Below are positions 46,832 through 56,675 of a stretch of 64,000 nucleotides of DNA, piece after piece; within the stretch, counting starts at the first letter, position 1; each line of letters begins with the position of its first letter. Source of the stretch: Rhodospirillaceae bacterium (GTDB lineage Bacteria; Pseudomonadota; Alphaproteobacteria; UBA6615); the NCBI GenBank assembly GCA_038132575.1, contig JAYPRP010000002.1, positions 6,802 to 70,801 of the forward strand, given 5' to 3'. The notes beneath the pieces were generated by a model that saw only the letters and a program-made list of their open reading frames with translations, did no database searches and was not told the origin of the DNA. The position numbers and the translations under genes were made by a program.

Positions 46832-48226
46832 ATGACCGCACCGCGCGACTGCCGACCCTTTTTCGAGCCCGAGAGCGTCGCCGTCATCGGCGCCGGCGAA
46901 CGGTTGACCAGCTCGGGGGGCGCGGTGCTCCGAAACCTGATCGCCTCGAAATACGCCGGGCGCATCGTGCCGGTGAACCCCAAGGGCGGCGAGATTCTGG
47001 GCCTGCCAGCGGCCGCCTCCCTGTCAGAGCTGGACGAGCCGGTCGATCTCGCGATCGTCGTGATCCGCCCCGACCTCATCCTCGATGTGGTGGACGAGGC
47101 GACGGCCACGGGCCACAAGAACCTGATGATCCTACCCGGCGGATTCCGCGAAGCGGGCGAGGAGGGCGTGGCGCGTGAGGCCGAGCTCCTGCGCAAGGCC
47201 GACGCGGCCGGTATCACGATCTTCGGCCCCAACTGCGCCGGCATTGTCCACCTGGCCGAAGCCGCGCCCTTCGCCGCGACCTTCCTGCGCGACCTGCCAC
47301 CTGGCGGGGGCATCGCCGCCATCTCGCAATCGGGCGCGATCACGGAAGAAATCATCGCGAAGGCGAACCAGGACCGGCTGCCAGTCAGCACGGTCGTTTC
47401 GGTGGGCAACGCAATCCATCTCGAGGTGACGGACTATCTCGAGTATCTGGGCGGCCAGGACAGCTGCCGCTGCGTACTGCTGTACATCGAATCCATCGCG
47501 GACCCCGACAGGTTTCGCGAGGTGGCGCGCCGGGTCGCGGCGAAGAAACCCGTCGTGGCCCTGATGGGCGGCGGCACGGAAAAGGGCGCGGCGGCGGTGC
47601 GCAATCACACCGGCGGCACCGCGATGCCCGACGCGGAGATCGACACCTATCTGCGCGAGTGCGGCGTGATACGGGTTTCCTCCGTCCGGCGCCTGTTGCT
47701 GGCGGGCAAGGGGTTCGGGTTCCACCCGGAGGGCATCGGCTCGCGCGTACTGCTGCTGTCCAACTCGGGCGGTCCCGGCGTGATCACCACCGACCGGCTG
47801 CGCGCGGAGGGACTCGATATGCCCGACCTGCCGGACACCTATGCCGCGAAGCTGCGCGAGATGCTGCCCGGAGAGGCCGCGGTGGCCAATCCCATCGATC
47901 TGCTGGCGGACGCGCGCGAAGACCGGTTTGGTCCGGCCTTCAAAGCCGCCATCGCGCACGGATCGGATGCATTCGACGCGATCCTGATGATCCATGTGGT
48001 GCCTTTCATGGTCGACGCCGGCCCGATCATCGACACGCTGTCGGGGCTCACCGCGAAGGTCGGCATGCCCTGCTTCCACTCGATGATGGGCACGCTCGAA
48101 CACCAGGCGGAATGGTTCGCGAAGATGGAGGCCGCCGGCGTACCGGCATTCGACGATTCCGAATCCATGGCCGAGACCGCCGGCATCCTGGCGCAGTATC
48201 CGCCTTTGCAGTCCGCACTCGGCTGA
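46832..48226 (+). CDS. CoA-binding domain protein related to the alpha part of ADP-forming acyl-CoA synthetases / succinyl-CoA synthetase alpha. The ATP-grasp part is not present here. 464 aa.
   Basis: Internal start MTAPRDCRPFFEPESVAVIGAGER of track ORF 46775..48226. CoA-binding Rossmann N-terminus and ligase-CoA domain. Confidence 0.6.
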   Translation: MTAPRDCRPFFEPESVAVIGAGERLTSSGGAVLRNLIASKYAGRIVPVNPKGGEILGLPAAASLSELDEPVDLAIVVIRPDLILDVVDEATATGHKNLMILPGGFREAGEEGVAREAELLRKADAAGITIFGPNCAGIVHLAEAAPFAATFLRDLPPGGGIAAISQSGAITEEIIAKANQDRLPVSTVVSVGNAIHLEVTDYLEYLGGQDSCRCVLLYIESIADPDRFREVARRVAAKKPVVALMGGGTEKGAAAVRNHTGGTAMPDAEIDTYLRECGVIRVSSVRRLLLAGKGFGFHPEGIGSRVLLLSNSGGPGVITTDRLRAEGLDMPDLPDTYAAKLREMLPGEAAVANPIDLLADAREDRFGPAFKAAIAHGSDAFDAILMIHVVPFMVDAGPIIDTLSGLTAKVGMPCFHSMMGTLEHQAEWFAKMEAAGVPAFDDSESMAETAGILAQYPPLQSALG

Positions 48227-48378
48227 TCCGGCGCGGAGTCATATTGCCATACAGCCGCTGTCTCGCGACTTCCGCCTGTTCCTCTTCGCAGGCGAGAAAC
48301 GGGAACACCGCAACTGCCTGATTGACCTTCCAGCTGGCGGAAGCTGTAGGAAATACCCCGAACCGGACGGGAGATCGG

Positions 48379-48852
48379 ATGTCCAGGAAGTTTCTCATTG
48401 CAGGTGGTTTCGTCGTCGGCCTGGTCGCCGGGGCGGTTTACCTGTCAACCGGCGGTGAGACCGTCGACACGAAGCTCTCGGCAGACCATACGGATGCAGA
48501 TCTCGTCGCCCTGGGACGCGATGTTTACGCGTCGCAATGCGCAGCCTGCCACGGCGCGAATCTGGAGGGCCAGCCCAGGTGGCGCACACGCAAGCCCAAT
48601 GGCCGCCTCCCCGCTCCACCGCATGATGCGAGCGGACATACATGGCACCATGACGATCTGTCCCTGTTCCGGCTGACGAAGTTCGGCCTATCGGCTGTCG
48701 TCGGCCAACCTGTCGAAACGGACATGCCCGCCTACGAGGGGGTACTCTCGGACAGGGAGATTTGGGCCGTGCTCGCGTACATCAAATCACGCTGGCCCGA
48801 GAACATCCGGCAACGCCAGGCCGACATCAACGCGCGCACGCGCCAGGAATAG
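48379..48852 (+). CDS. Class I c-type cytochrome, 157 aa, membrane-anchored or secreted.
   Basis: Start MSRKFLIAGGFVVGLVAGAVYL with a GGGAGA RBS. CAACHG haem-binding motif. Confidence 0.7.
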   Translation: MSRKFLIAGGFVVGLVAGAVYLSTGGETVDTKLSADHTDADLVALGRDVYASQCAACHGANLEGQPRWRTRKPNGRLPAPPHDASGHTWHHDDLSLFRLTKFGLSAVVGQPVETDMPAYEGVLSDREIWAVLAYIKSRWPENIRQRQADINARTRQE

Positions 48853-48855
48853 TCG

Positions 48856-51147
48856 TCAAAGTCTGACCGCCCGCAGGCGAAGCGCGTTCGCAATCACCGA
48901 CACGGAGCTCAGGCTCATGGCGGCGGCCGCCACCATCGGGCTGAGCAGGAGCCCCAGTACCGGATAGAGGATGCCCGCGGCGACGGGAATCCCGGCGGCG
49001 TTATAGACGAAGGCGAAGAAAAGGTTCTGCCGAACATTGCGCAGGGTCGCCGCCGCCAGGCGACGCGCGCGCACCAGCGCCATGAGGTCGCCCGTCACGA
49101 GGGTGATGCCGGCGCTCTCCATCGCGACGTCCGTGCCGGTGCCCATGGCGATGCCGACATCGGCGCCCGCGACCGCCGGCGCGTCGTTGATGCCGTCGCC
49201 TGCCATGGCGACGACATGTCCCTCGGCGCGCCAACGCTCGACGATGGTGACCTTGTCGGCCGGCAGGACATCGGCGACCACCTGCGAGATCCCCAGTTCA
49301 TCGGCGACGGCCGCCGCCGTGACCGCGTTGTCGCCCGTGGCCATGACGATCTCCAGACCCAGCGCGCGCAGCTCCGCCAGGGCCGCCGGAGTCGTGTCCT
49401 TGATCGGGTCAGAAATGGCGATGAAGCCCGCGAGCGCGGCGTCCACCGCCAGGAAGACCGCGGTCGCGCCCGAACGGCGCGCGGTGTCGGCCGCCTCTGC
49501 CAGCGGCGTGACCGGAACCCCGTGACGCGCCATCAGCGCGGCGTTCCCGAACACGACCGGGCATCCATCGACGCTACCCGTGACCCCTTCCCCCGGAACC
49601 ACCTCGAAGTCGGCCGCCGCCGGAACATCGATACCCCGTGCCGCGGCCGCCTCGAGGATCGCCGCGGCGAGCGGATGCTCGCTGCCCCGCTCGAGAGCGG
49701 CGGCGAGGGCAAGGATTGTTCGGGAATCCCCGCCGTCCAGTGACTCGACCCCGGTCACCGCCGGCCGGCCGGCGGTGTCGGTGCCCGGCTTGTCGACGGC
49801 GAGCCCATCCACCCGGGCCCGTGTCTCCAGCGCCGCGGCATTGCGCACCAGCACACCCGCGCCCGCGCCACGGCCCGTCGCGACCATGATCGACATCGGT
49901 GTGGCGAGCCCGAGCGCACACGGGCAGGCGATGATGAGAACGGAAACTGCCGCAATCACCGCGAACGCGGGCGTCGGGCCCCATATCGACCACGCGGCAA
50001 ACGCAAGGATCGCCACCGCGACCACGAGCGGCACAAACCAGACCGCGACCCGGTCCGCCAGGCGCTGGATCGGCGCGCGGGTGCGTTGGGCACGAGAGAC
50101 AAGATCGACGATACGCGCCAGCATCGTCTCACCACCCACATGCTCGGCCCGCATGACGAAGCCACCCGCACCGTTGACGGTTCCGCCGATGACCGGGTCG
50201 CCGCTGCCCTTCTCGACCGGCATCGCCTCGCCGGTGACCATGGACTCATCGACGCTGGCGGTACCCTCGACGATGCTGCCATCCACCGGCACCGCCTCGC
50301 CCGGGCGGACCCGCAACAGGTCCCCGGCTGCCACGTCGTCGAGCGGAACCTCCCGGTCATTTCCATCCTCCACGCGCAGCGCTGTCTTCGGCGCCAGGTC
50401 GAGGAGCGCACGCAGCGCGTCTCCCGTCCGCTCGCGCGCCCGCAGCTCGAGGACCTGGCCGAGCAGCACGAGCACAACGATCACCGCGGCCGATTCAAAG
50501 TAGAGCGCCGTTGCGCCGCCATGACCGCGGAACGCCTCCGGCACAGCATCCGGCGCGATCACCGCGACGACGCTGAAGAGATACGCGGCGCCCGTGCCGA
50601 GTGCGATCAGGGTGAACATGTTCGGGCTGCGCTGGCCGATCGATTGCCATCCACGCACGAAGAACGGCCAACCCGCCCACAGGACAACCGGCGTCGCCAG
50701 CACGAACTGCAACCATTCGAACGCGCCGCCCGGCAGATGTGCGAAAGAGAGGCCCGGAATCATATCGCCCATGGCCATGACGAGAAGCGGTACGGCGAAA
50801 ACCGCGCCGCCCCGGAAACGCCGGGTCATATCGTCCAGTTCCGGGTTCGGCGGCTTCTCGGCCGTGATCTGCATGGGCTCGAGCGCCATCCCGCAAAGGG
50901 GACAGGAATCCGGCCCGTCGCGCACGACCTCCGGATGCATGGGACAGGTGTACTGCGTTCCCGGGGCAACGTCGGGCGCGGGCCGGTCTTCCGGTGGCAG
51001 GAGATAGAAGGCCGGGTCACCGGAAAATTTCGTGGCACAACCCGCCGAGCAGAAATGAAAGGTCTGCCCGTCATGTACATGCTGATGCTTCGACGTCGAT
51101 GGATCGACGTCCATGCCGCAGACCGGATCCTTCACCAGGTCAGACAT
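48856..51147 (-). CDS. copA: Copper-translocating P1B-type ATPase, 764 aa, with N-terminal TRASH/YHS-like and CxxC-type metal-binding segments.
   Basis: Start [16 protein letters not shown]. Transmembrane CPC motif, DKTGT phosphorylation site and GDGINDAPA hinge. Its start overlaps the cueR stop by 1 nt. Confidence 0.85.
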   Translation of the reverse strand: MSDLVKDPVCGMDVDPSTSKHQHVHDGQTFHFCSAGCATKFSGDPAFYLLPPEDRPAPDVAPGTQYTCPMHPEVVRDGPDSCPLCGMALEPMQITAEKPPNPELDDMTRRFRGGAVFAVPLLVMAMGDMIPGLSFAHLPGGAFEWLQFVLATPVVLWAGWPFFVRGWQSIGQRSPNMFTLIALGTGAAYLFSVVAVIAPDAVPEAFRGHGGATALYFESAAVIVVLVLLGQVLELRARERTGDALRALLDLAPKTALRVEDGNDREVPLDDVAAGDLLRVRPGEAVPVDGSIVEGTASVDESMVTGEAMPVEKGSGDPVIGGTVNGAGGFVMRAEHVGGETMLARIVDLVSRAQRTRAPIQRLADRVAVWFVPLVVAVAILAFAAWSIWGPTPAFAVIAAVSVLIIACPCALGLATPMSIMVATGRGAGAGVLVRNAAALETRARVDGLAVDKPGTDTAGRPAVTGVESLDGGDSRTILALAAALERGSEHPLAAAILEAAAARGIDVPAAADFEVVPGEGVTGSVDGCPVVFGNAALMARHGVPVTPLAEAADTARRSGATAVFLAVDAALAGFIAISDPIKDTTPAALAELRALGLEIVMATGDNAVTAAAVADELGISQVVADVLPADKVTIVERWRAEGHVVAMAGDGINDAPAVAGADVGIAMGTGTDVAMESAGITLVTGDLMALVRARRLAAATLRNVRQNLFFAFVYNAAGIPVAAGILYPVLGLLLSPMVAAAAMSLSSVSVIANALRLRAVRL

Positions 51148-51545
51148 CAAACTGTACTCCGGTTCGCGAGGTCTTCGATGATGGGGCAATCCGGGCGGTC
51201 GTCGCCGTGGCAGGTCTCCGCCAGCTCGACCAGGGTCGCGCGCATCGCCCGCAGTTCGGCGATCTTGGAATCGATTTCCTCGACCCGGTTGAGCGCGATC
51301 TCCTTCACGTCCGCGCTCTTCCGGCCCGTGTCGGCGTAAAGCGCGATGAGCGCCCGGCAGTCTGCCACGGAGAATCCGAGCCCGCGGGCACGCGACAGAA
51401 AGCGCAGCATGTGCACATCACGCTCGGCATAATCCCGGTAGCCATTGTCCCGTCGCCGCGCGGGTGCGACCAGGCCGATATCCTCGTAGTAGCGGATGGT
51501 CTTGGTTGGAAGACCGGCCTGTTCGGCCGCCTCGCTGATATTCAT
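51147..51545 (-). CDS. cueR: MerR-family Cu(I)-responsive regulator (CueR/HmrR-like), 132 aa.
   Basis: Start [25 protein letters not shown] (MerR HTH). C-terminal [10 protein letters not shown] metal-binding loop. Confidence 0.75.
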   Translation of the reverse strand: MNISEAAEQAGLPTKTIRYYEDIGLVAPARRRDNGYRDYAERDVHMLRFLSRARGLGFSVADCRALIALYADTGRKSADVKEIALNRVEEIDSKIAELRAMRATLVELAETCHGDDRPDCPIIEDLANRSTV

Positions 51546-51620
51546 CGTCCGCCTCCGATCCTTCCGGGATGACGGAGTCAAGGTAAACCTTCCAGCAACT
51601 AGAAGGTCAAGCGCGACGCG

Positions 51621-52496
51621 TTACGCGTGGGCCCGCACGGGCACGTACATGGCACCGACCCCCTCGATCCAGGCGTGCATGACGTCCCCCGGCGCGACCG
51701 GCGCGACGCCCTCGGGCGTACCGGTCATGATGACATCACCGGGATAGAGGGTCATGAACGAAGAGGCGTAGGCGATGAGCCTCGGAATATCGAAGATCAG
51801 ATGTTCCGTGTTCGATTTCTGCCGAACCTCGTCGTTCACCTTGATCTCGAAGTCGAGATGGCCCGGATCGTCGATCTCGTCGGCGGTGACAAGCCAGGGT
51901 CCCAGCACCGAGTAACTGTCGATCCCCTTGCGCAGGCTCCGGTCCTCGGTCCCGCGCACCGTCATGTCCAGCCCGATTGCATAGCCGCAGATGTGGCGCA
52001 TGGCGTCGGCCTCTGCAATATCGGAACCGCCCGCGCCGATGATGACGGCGAGTTCGACCTCGTGATCGTTGCGCCGGTCGCCGAAGCGCAGTTCGACTCC
52101 CTCGCCCGGTCCGACCAGCGAACTGTTGGCCTTCATGAACAGGCCGTAGGTGTCGATCGTCTTGATGTCGCGGCCAAGGTTGATCTCCCGGTCCGCCTGC
52201 GCTTCCGCCTGGTGTTTATGGTAGTTGACCGGCGCTCCGATGATCTTGCTCGGGTTCGCGACCGGGCTCTTCAGGATGACCGATTCGACCGGCACGGGGT
52301 GGGAATCGCCCGCGGCATGTTCGATCGCCGGCCGCAGCGCATCCAGGTTGGCGATCAGCTGGTCGCCGTGGGGGGCAGGCCAGCTCTGCGGGGGCAGGCT
52401 TCCGAGCGCGGCGGTGGCATCGAAAAGCATCTCGCCCTGCACGAGTCCCAGCTGGTCTTCGCCCAGGTCGCTGTCGGTGTAACGGCAGATACGCAT
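51621..52496 (-). CDS. Fumarylacetoacetate hydrolase (FAH) family protein, 291 aa.
   Basis: Start MRICRYTD with an AGGAG RBS. Metal-binding residues in the EVELAVIIG segment (the alignment to ExE is approximate) and a C-terminal GTPEGV segment. Confidence 0.75.
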   Translation of the reverse strand: MRICRYTDSDLGEDQLGLVQGEMLFDATAALGSLPPQSWPAPHGDQLIANLDALRPAIEHAAGDSHPVPVESVILKSPVANPSKIIGAPVNYHKHQAEAQADREINLGRDIKTIDTYGLFMKANSSLVGPGEGVELRFGDRRNDHEVELAVIIGAGGSDIAEADAMRHICGYAIGLDMTVRGTEDRSLRKGIDSYSVLGPWLVTADEIDDPGHLDFEIKVNDEVRQKSNTEHLIFDIPRLIAYASSFMTLYPGDVIMTGTPEGVAPVAPGDVMHAWIEGVGAMYVPVRAHA

Positions 52497-52509
52497 GCGC
52501 TGCTCCTGG

Positions 52510-53289
52510 TTAGACGAACGCCGCGCCGCCATCGACGCACAGCGACTGACCCGTCATGAATTCCGACGCCGGCGACGCGAGGAACAGGAGTGTCCCGACC
52601 ATGTCCGCAGGCTCCTGCTGACGCTTCAGGGACTGGTGGCCGATGACGGTCGCACGTCCCTCGTCCGTCCGGCCGGCATTCTCGATCTCGGTCTCGATCA
52701 TCCCCGGCAGCACGGCATTTACCGCGATGTTGGCATCGCCCAGTTCGCGCGCCATGCATCGCGTCATCCCGATCAGCGCGGACTTCGACGTCACATAGTG
52801 CGTAAAGCCGGGGATGCCCTGGGGCACTGTGGACGAGGAGATGTTGATGATCCGTCCGCCTCCGGCCTCGCGCATGGGGCCTGCGACCGCGGCCGCGCAG
52901 ATGAAGCAGCCGGTGATATTCACGTCCATCACCGCGCGCCATTCCTCGAGGTCGATTTCCCAGAACGGCCGCCGGCCGAGGGTCACGAATATGGCCGCGT
53001 TGTTGACGAGCACGTCGACCCGGCCGAACCGCTCAAGCGTGGCATCGACGGCCGCCTTGACCGAGGCGGGGTCGGTGACGTCCATGCGGATCGCCAGCGC
53101 TGTGCCGCCCGCGGCCTCGATCTCCGCGGCCACCGCGTCGCCCTTCGCACCATCGATTTCGGCGATCACCGGAACGGCACCCGCTTCGGCAAACGCCAGT
53201 GCATAGGCGCGGCCGATGCCCTGGCCGGCACCGGTGATTATCACGACGCGCCCTTCGACGGACGCGGGGCTGTCGGTCATGTTCGGCAC
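52510..53289 (-). CDS. SDR family oxidoreductase, 259 aa (true start may be the internal MTDSP).
   Basis: ITGAGQGIGRAYA and NNAA motifs. A YxxxK catalytic motif is assumed by family; the nearby segment reads HYVTSKSALIG. Confidence 0.8.
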   Translation of the reverse strand: MPNMTDSPASVEGRVVIITGAGQGIGRAYALAFAEAGAVPVIAEIDGAKGDAVAAEIEAAGGTALAIRMDVTDPASVKAAVDATLERFGRVDVLVNNAAIFVTLGRRPFWEIDLEEWRAVMDVNITGCFICAAAVAGPMREAGGGRIINISSSTVPQGIPGFTHYVTSKSALIGMTRCMARELGDANIAVNAVLPGMIETEIENAGRTDEGRATVIGHQSLKRQQEPADMVGTLLFLASPASEFMTGQSLCVDGGAAFV

Positions 53290-53345
53290 TCCCCGAAACA
53301 GGCTTCTGATGCCGGAGAGTGCAGCGCGTCAGGCGATCGAAATAA

Positions 53346-53963
53346 TCAACTGCTCGCCGGCGCAAGGGGCGCTGCGGAGAACAGGACCCCGAACGCCTTG
53401 CACCAGACGACGACGCTTCCAAAGCTTGCCGGGTCGATGCCCGGCGGGACGGCATAGTTCTGGTTGCCGATGTTGCCCTTGAGGGGCCCGAGGTCGATGT
53501 AGTTCCCGTCGGTTACATCGGACGAGGATTCCGGTCCGGGATGGCGCACCAGGAACACATGCAGGTCCGGACCGTTGGTGACATCCAGATTCTCGAGCCG
53601 GAGCACATGGTTGCCGTCCGCCAAGCGATAGAGACCCGCATTCCCGCTGCCCTTGTGCACGGCGTCCGCGTCGCGGAAAGCACCCGCCGCGAGTGCCACC
53701 GGCGTGCCGGGGGCCATCATCTCGTCCTTGGCGTCCTGCATGGCCTTGTCGGGCATCCCGCGGGCCGCCTCGAGAACCTCGTCCGCCATGGCGGCCTTCT
53801 TCTCATCCGACATCTCGGACAGGGCCTGGGGTGTCGGCACGCCCGGGAACTGCTCGTCAACGACCTCGTCGATGAACAAGGGCGAAAGCAGGAACCAGCC
53901 GACGACCGCGGTCACCACCACGGAAACGCCGAAGCCGTAAATGAACGCGCGTCGCATGAGCAA
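53346..53963 (-). CDS. DM13 domain-containing protein with N-terminal membrane anchor, 205 aa.
   Basis: N-terminal TM helix, then a beta-rich C-terminal domain (GSGNAGLYRLADGNHVLRLENLDVTNGPDLHVFL) typical of DM13. Confidence 0.55.
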   Translation of the reverse strand: MLMRRAFIYGFGVSVVVTAVVGWFLLSPLFIDEVVDEQFPGVPTPQALSEMSDEKKAAMADEVLEAARGMPDKAMQDAKDEMMAPGTPVALAAGAFRDADAVHKGSGNAGLYRLADGNHVLRLENLDVTNGPDLHVFLVRHPGPESSSDVTDGNYIDLGPLKGNIGNQNYAVPPGIDPASFGSVVVWCKAFGVLFSAAPLAPASS

Positions 53964-54049
53964 TCACCTCTCGATCGATCCGGGGGACAATCGTGGCATG
54001 GCGCACCGGCAATGTCGCGATTGCCAGATCAACACCCGGTGCCGCCGGA

Positions 54050-55180
54050 CTATTCCGTCGCCGGACGGAGCCGGAGCAACTGGCCGTCACTCTCGTCGCT
54101 CAGGAGATAGATCAGGCCATCCGGCCCCTGGCGCACATCGCGGATACGACCGTGTTGTCCGGCGATCAACCGTTCCTCGGCGACCACACGCGTGCCGTCA
54201 AGCGTAAGCCGCGCCAGATAGCGGAACTTGAGCGATCCGACGAACAGGTTTCCGCGCCAGCGCGGGAATGCGTCGCCGTCATAGAACGTCATACCCGAGG
54301 GCGCGATCGACGGTGTCCAGTGATGCAGGGGCGGTTCCATGCCCGCCTTGGACGAACCTTCGCCGATGGGGAAGCCGGCATAGCTGCGCCCGAAGGTCAC
54401 GACTGGCCAGCCGTAGTTCGCCCCGCCGACCAGCCGGTTGATCTCGTCGCCCCCCTGGGGTCCGTGTTCGTGTACCCAGATTTCGTCACGGGTCGGATGG
54501 CGGGCCATGCCCTGGGGATTGCGGTGCCCGTAGGAGAAGATGGACGGCAGCACCTCCGTGCGCCCCGCCTGCGGATTGTCACCCGGGACCGAGCCGTCAT
54601 CGTTGAGCCGAACGACCGTCCCGTTGTGGTTCGAGGGGTCCTGCGCCGCGTCGGCGTCGCCCCGTTCGCCGAAGCTGACATAGAGCTTTCCGTCCGGTCC
54701 GAAGGCGATCCGCGAGCCGAAATGCCGGCCGCCCGATCCCGGGTTCCGCGCCTCGAACACTGTCTCGACGTCTCGCAAGGCCGCGCCGTCGAGCCGGGCC
54801 CGGCTCACGGCCGTAAAGGCACCGCGATCGCCCGGCGCCGCATAGGAGAAATAGATCCAGCCATTGTCCGCGTGGTCCGGATGGAGCGCCAGGTCCAGCA
54901 GCCCGCCCTGGCCGCGCGCAAACACCTCGGGGAGGCCTGCGACCGGCGCGGACAGTCCCTGTCCGGGTACGAAAACGCGCAACCGGCCCGGACGCTCCGT
55001 CACCAGTATGCGTCCGTCCGAAAGGAATGCGAGCGCCCACGGGTTCTGCAAACCGTCGGCCAGAACTTCGACCTCGAACCGGTGCTCGCGGGACTCGTTC
55101 ACCTGCGCGAGCGCGGGCGCCGCCGCCACCGCCGCAGCGCCGAGCGCCAGAATCCCGATCCACTGTGCGCACATACCCAT
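54050..55180 (-). CDS. PQQ-dependent soluble sugar (aldose) dehydrogenase-like beta-propeller protein, secreted, 376 aa.
   Basis: Signal peptide. Segments LQNPWALAFLSDGRILVTERPGRL and HNGTVVRLNDDGSVPGDNP match the YliI/sGDH family. Confidence 0.7.
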   Translation of the reverse strand: MGMCAQWIGILALGAAAVAAAPALAQVNESREHRFEVEVLADGLQNPWALAFLSDGRILVTERPGRLRVFVPGQGLSAPVAGLPEVFARGQGGLLDLALHPDHADNGWIYFSYAAPGDRGAFTAVSRARLDGAALRDVETVFEARNPGSGGRHFGSRIAFGPDGKLYVSFGERGDADAAQDPSNHNGTVVRLNDDGSVPGDNPQAGRTEVLPSIFSYGHRNPQGMARHPTRDEIWVHEHGPQGGDEINRLVGGANYGWPVVTFGRSYAGFPIGEGSSKAGMEPPLHHWTPSIAPSGMTFYDGDAFPRWRGNLFVGSLKFRYLARLTLDGTRVVAEERLIAGQHGRIRDVRQGPDGLIYLLSDESDGQLLRLRPATE

Positions 55181-55244
55181 CGATCTCTCCCTGCAACACG
55201 ATGGAAGTGGGGACGCCGACGCGCACGGGCAAGACCGGCGTCAA

Positions 55245-55562
55245 TCACGAGATCCCGACATGACGCGGGCGCGGCGCGACCAGCTGGCCGGACAGCGCGC
55301 GCGCGAAAAGCTTTAGGGTGTCGGCCGACTGTTCCGGCGGACAGAGGAAACAGACGTCCTTCTTCTGCGCTTCCGCGAAGGTGTACCCGAAAAGCTCCTC
55401 GGCGCCGGCGTTCCAGATAACGACCTCGCCGTCGGCCGAGTACACAATCGCCGAGTCATGTATGTGCGAAAACGCCGCCGCCAGGGGTGCAAACACATCT
55501 TCAGTTTCGTCGATCATGTCGGCGGTCACATCGATTGCGCTTACGTCGAGACTTGATGCCAA
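55245..55562 (-). CDS. Small PAS-domain protein, 105 aa.
   Basis: AIVYSADGEVVIWNAGAEELFGYTFAEAQKKDV resembles a PAS core. No output domain. Confidence 0.4.
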   Translation of the reverse strand: MASSLDVSAIDVTADMIDETEDVFAPLAAAFSHIHDSAIVYSADGEVVIWNAGAEELFGYTFAEAQKKDVCFLCPPEQSADTLKLFARALSGQLVAPRPRHVGIS

Positions 55563-55640
55563 TGCGCACGCCTCGCAGCCGGGATAATAACGGCACGCGC
55601 CCGCACAGGACGCGGCTTTCGGGACTTTCCGAACCTAGAC

Positions 55641-55662
55641 AAGCGTTTCTTAACATACGCTT
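55641..55662. promoter_or_regulatory. Inverted repeat AAGCGT-n10-ACGCTT in the AT-richer region upstream of the tandem dioxygenase genes. Candidate operator.
   Basis: aagcgtttcttaacatacgctt, read directly. Local AT enrichment. Confidence 0.3.
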
Positions 55663-55779
55663 AAAATTGATCGGATCACACGCCCCCGGAAGAGAGGACA
55701 AGGCCGATGCCGGAACCGTGGAACGGTCGTCATCGGGCGCCGAATTCGCTAGAGTACCGGAGAGCTAGGGAGAGACGTC

Positions 55780-56646
55780 ATGATCGAAGTTGTGGGTTTT
55801 CGCTACTGTCGGCTGGGAACGGCCGATCTTGAGGAAACGGTCAAATTCGCCACCGACATGATCGGGCTGGAGGACGTGGGGCGCGAGAACGGTGCCGCCT
55901 ACATGCGCGGCGACGACCGCGACCACAATATCTGCTACTTCCAGGGCGATCCCACCGACCACACGCTGGGCCTGGAGCTCGCGGACTTCGACGCGCTCGA
56001 CGCGGCGGAAAGCAGCCTGTCCGCGGCCGGCCTCGAGGTGTATCGCGGCAGCGACGAGGAGGCCGCTGCGCGCCGGTGCATGGGCTACATCAACTTCAAG
56101 GACCCGAGCGGAAACTCCATCGACCTGACGGTACGGCCGTTCGCCTCCGGACGGCGCTACTTCCCCGGGCGTGACGCCGGCATCGACGAGTTCAGCCATA
56201 TCGGGCTCGCGGTGACCGACCCGCGCGAGGCCGAGAAGTTCTGGTCCGAGATGTTCAACTTCCGGACCAGCGACTGGATCGGCTGGTCCGCCCTCATGAC
56301 CTTCGATGCGGTGCATCACCGCTTCGCCCTGTTCCCGTCGAACAAGCCCGGCATCCAGCACATCAACTTCCAGGTCCACGAGACCGACGACGTGATGCGC
56401 TCGAACTACTTCCTGCGCGATCACCAGGTGCGCATCCAGGCCGGGCCGGGGCGGCATTCGCTTTCCGGTGCACGGTTCCTCTACTTCTACGGCCCGGACG
56501 ACATGATCTACGAATACTCCTGCGGCGTGAGGATGGTCGACGACAGCTGGCGCGCCCGCCAGTTCCCCGTCAACGACGCCTCGTTCTGCGCCTGGGGCTC
56601 GCGCCCCGACCTGAGCGTTCTCGAAGGCGAGAATGCCGCGGAGTGA
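55780..56646 (+). CDS. Type I extradiol ring-cleavage dioxygenase (VOC superfamily, catechol 2,3-dioxygenase-like), 288 aa.
   Basis: Two VOC modules. The second contains FSHIGLAV, HHRFALF and E-containing metal ligands. Confidence 0.7.
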   Translation: MIEVVGFRYCRLGTADLEETVKFATDMIGLEDVGRENGAAYMRGDDRDHNICYFQGDPTDHTLGLELADFDALDAAESSLSAAGLEVYRGSDEEAAARRCMGYINFKDPSGNSIDLTVRPFASGRRYFPGRDAGIDEFSHIGLAVTDPREAEKFWSEMFNFRTSDWIGWSALMTFDAVHHRFALFPSNKPGIQHINFQVHETDDVMRSNYFLRDHQVRIQAGPGRHSLSGARFLYFYGPDDMIYEYSCGVRMVDDSWRARQFPVNDASFCAWGSRPDLSVLEGENAAE

Positions 56647-56675
56647 TCGGCGTCCGGATCCCGTGAGACCGGCTC

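Noticed and set aside
51145-51189. Upstream ATG ([14 protein letters not shown]...) as the copA start.
   Set aside because: It would overlap cueR by 43 nt. The [13 protein letters not shown] start gives the canonical metal-binding N-terminus and a 1-nt stop/start overlap.
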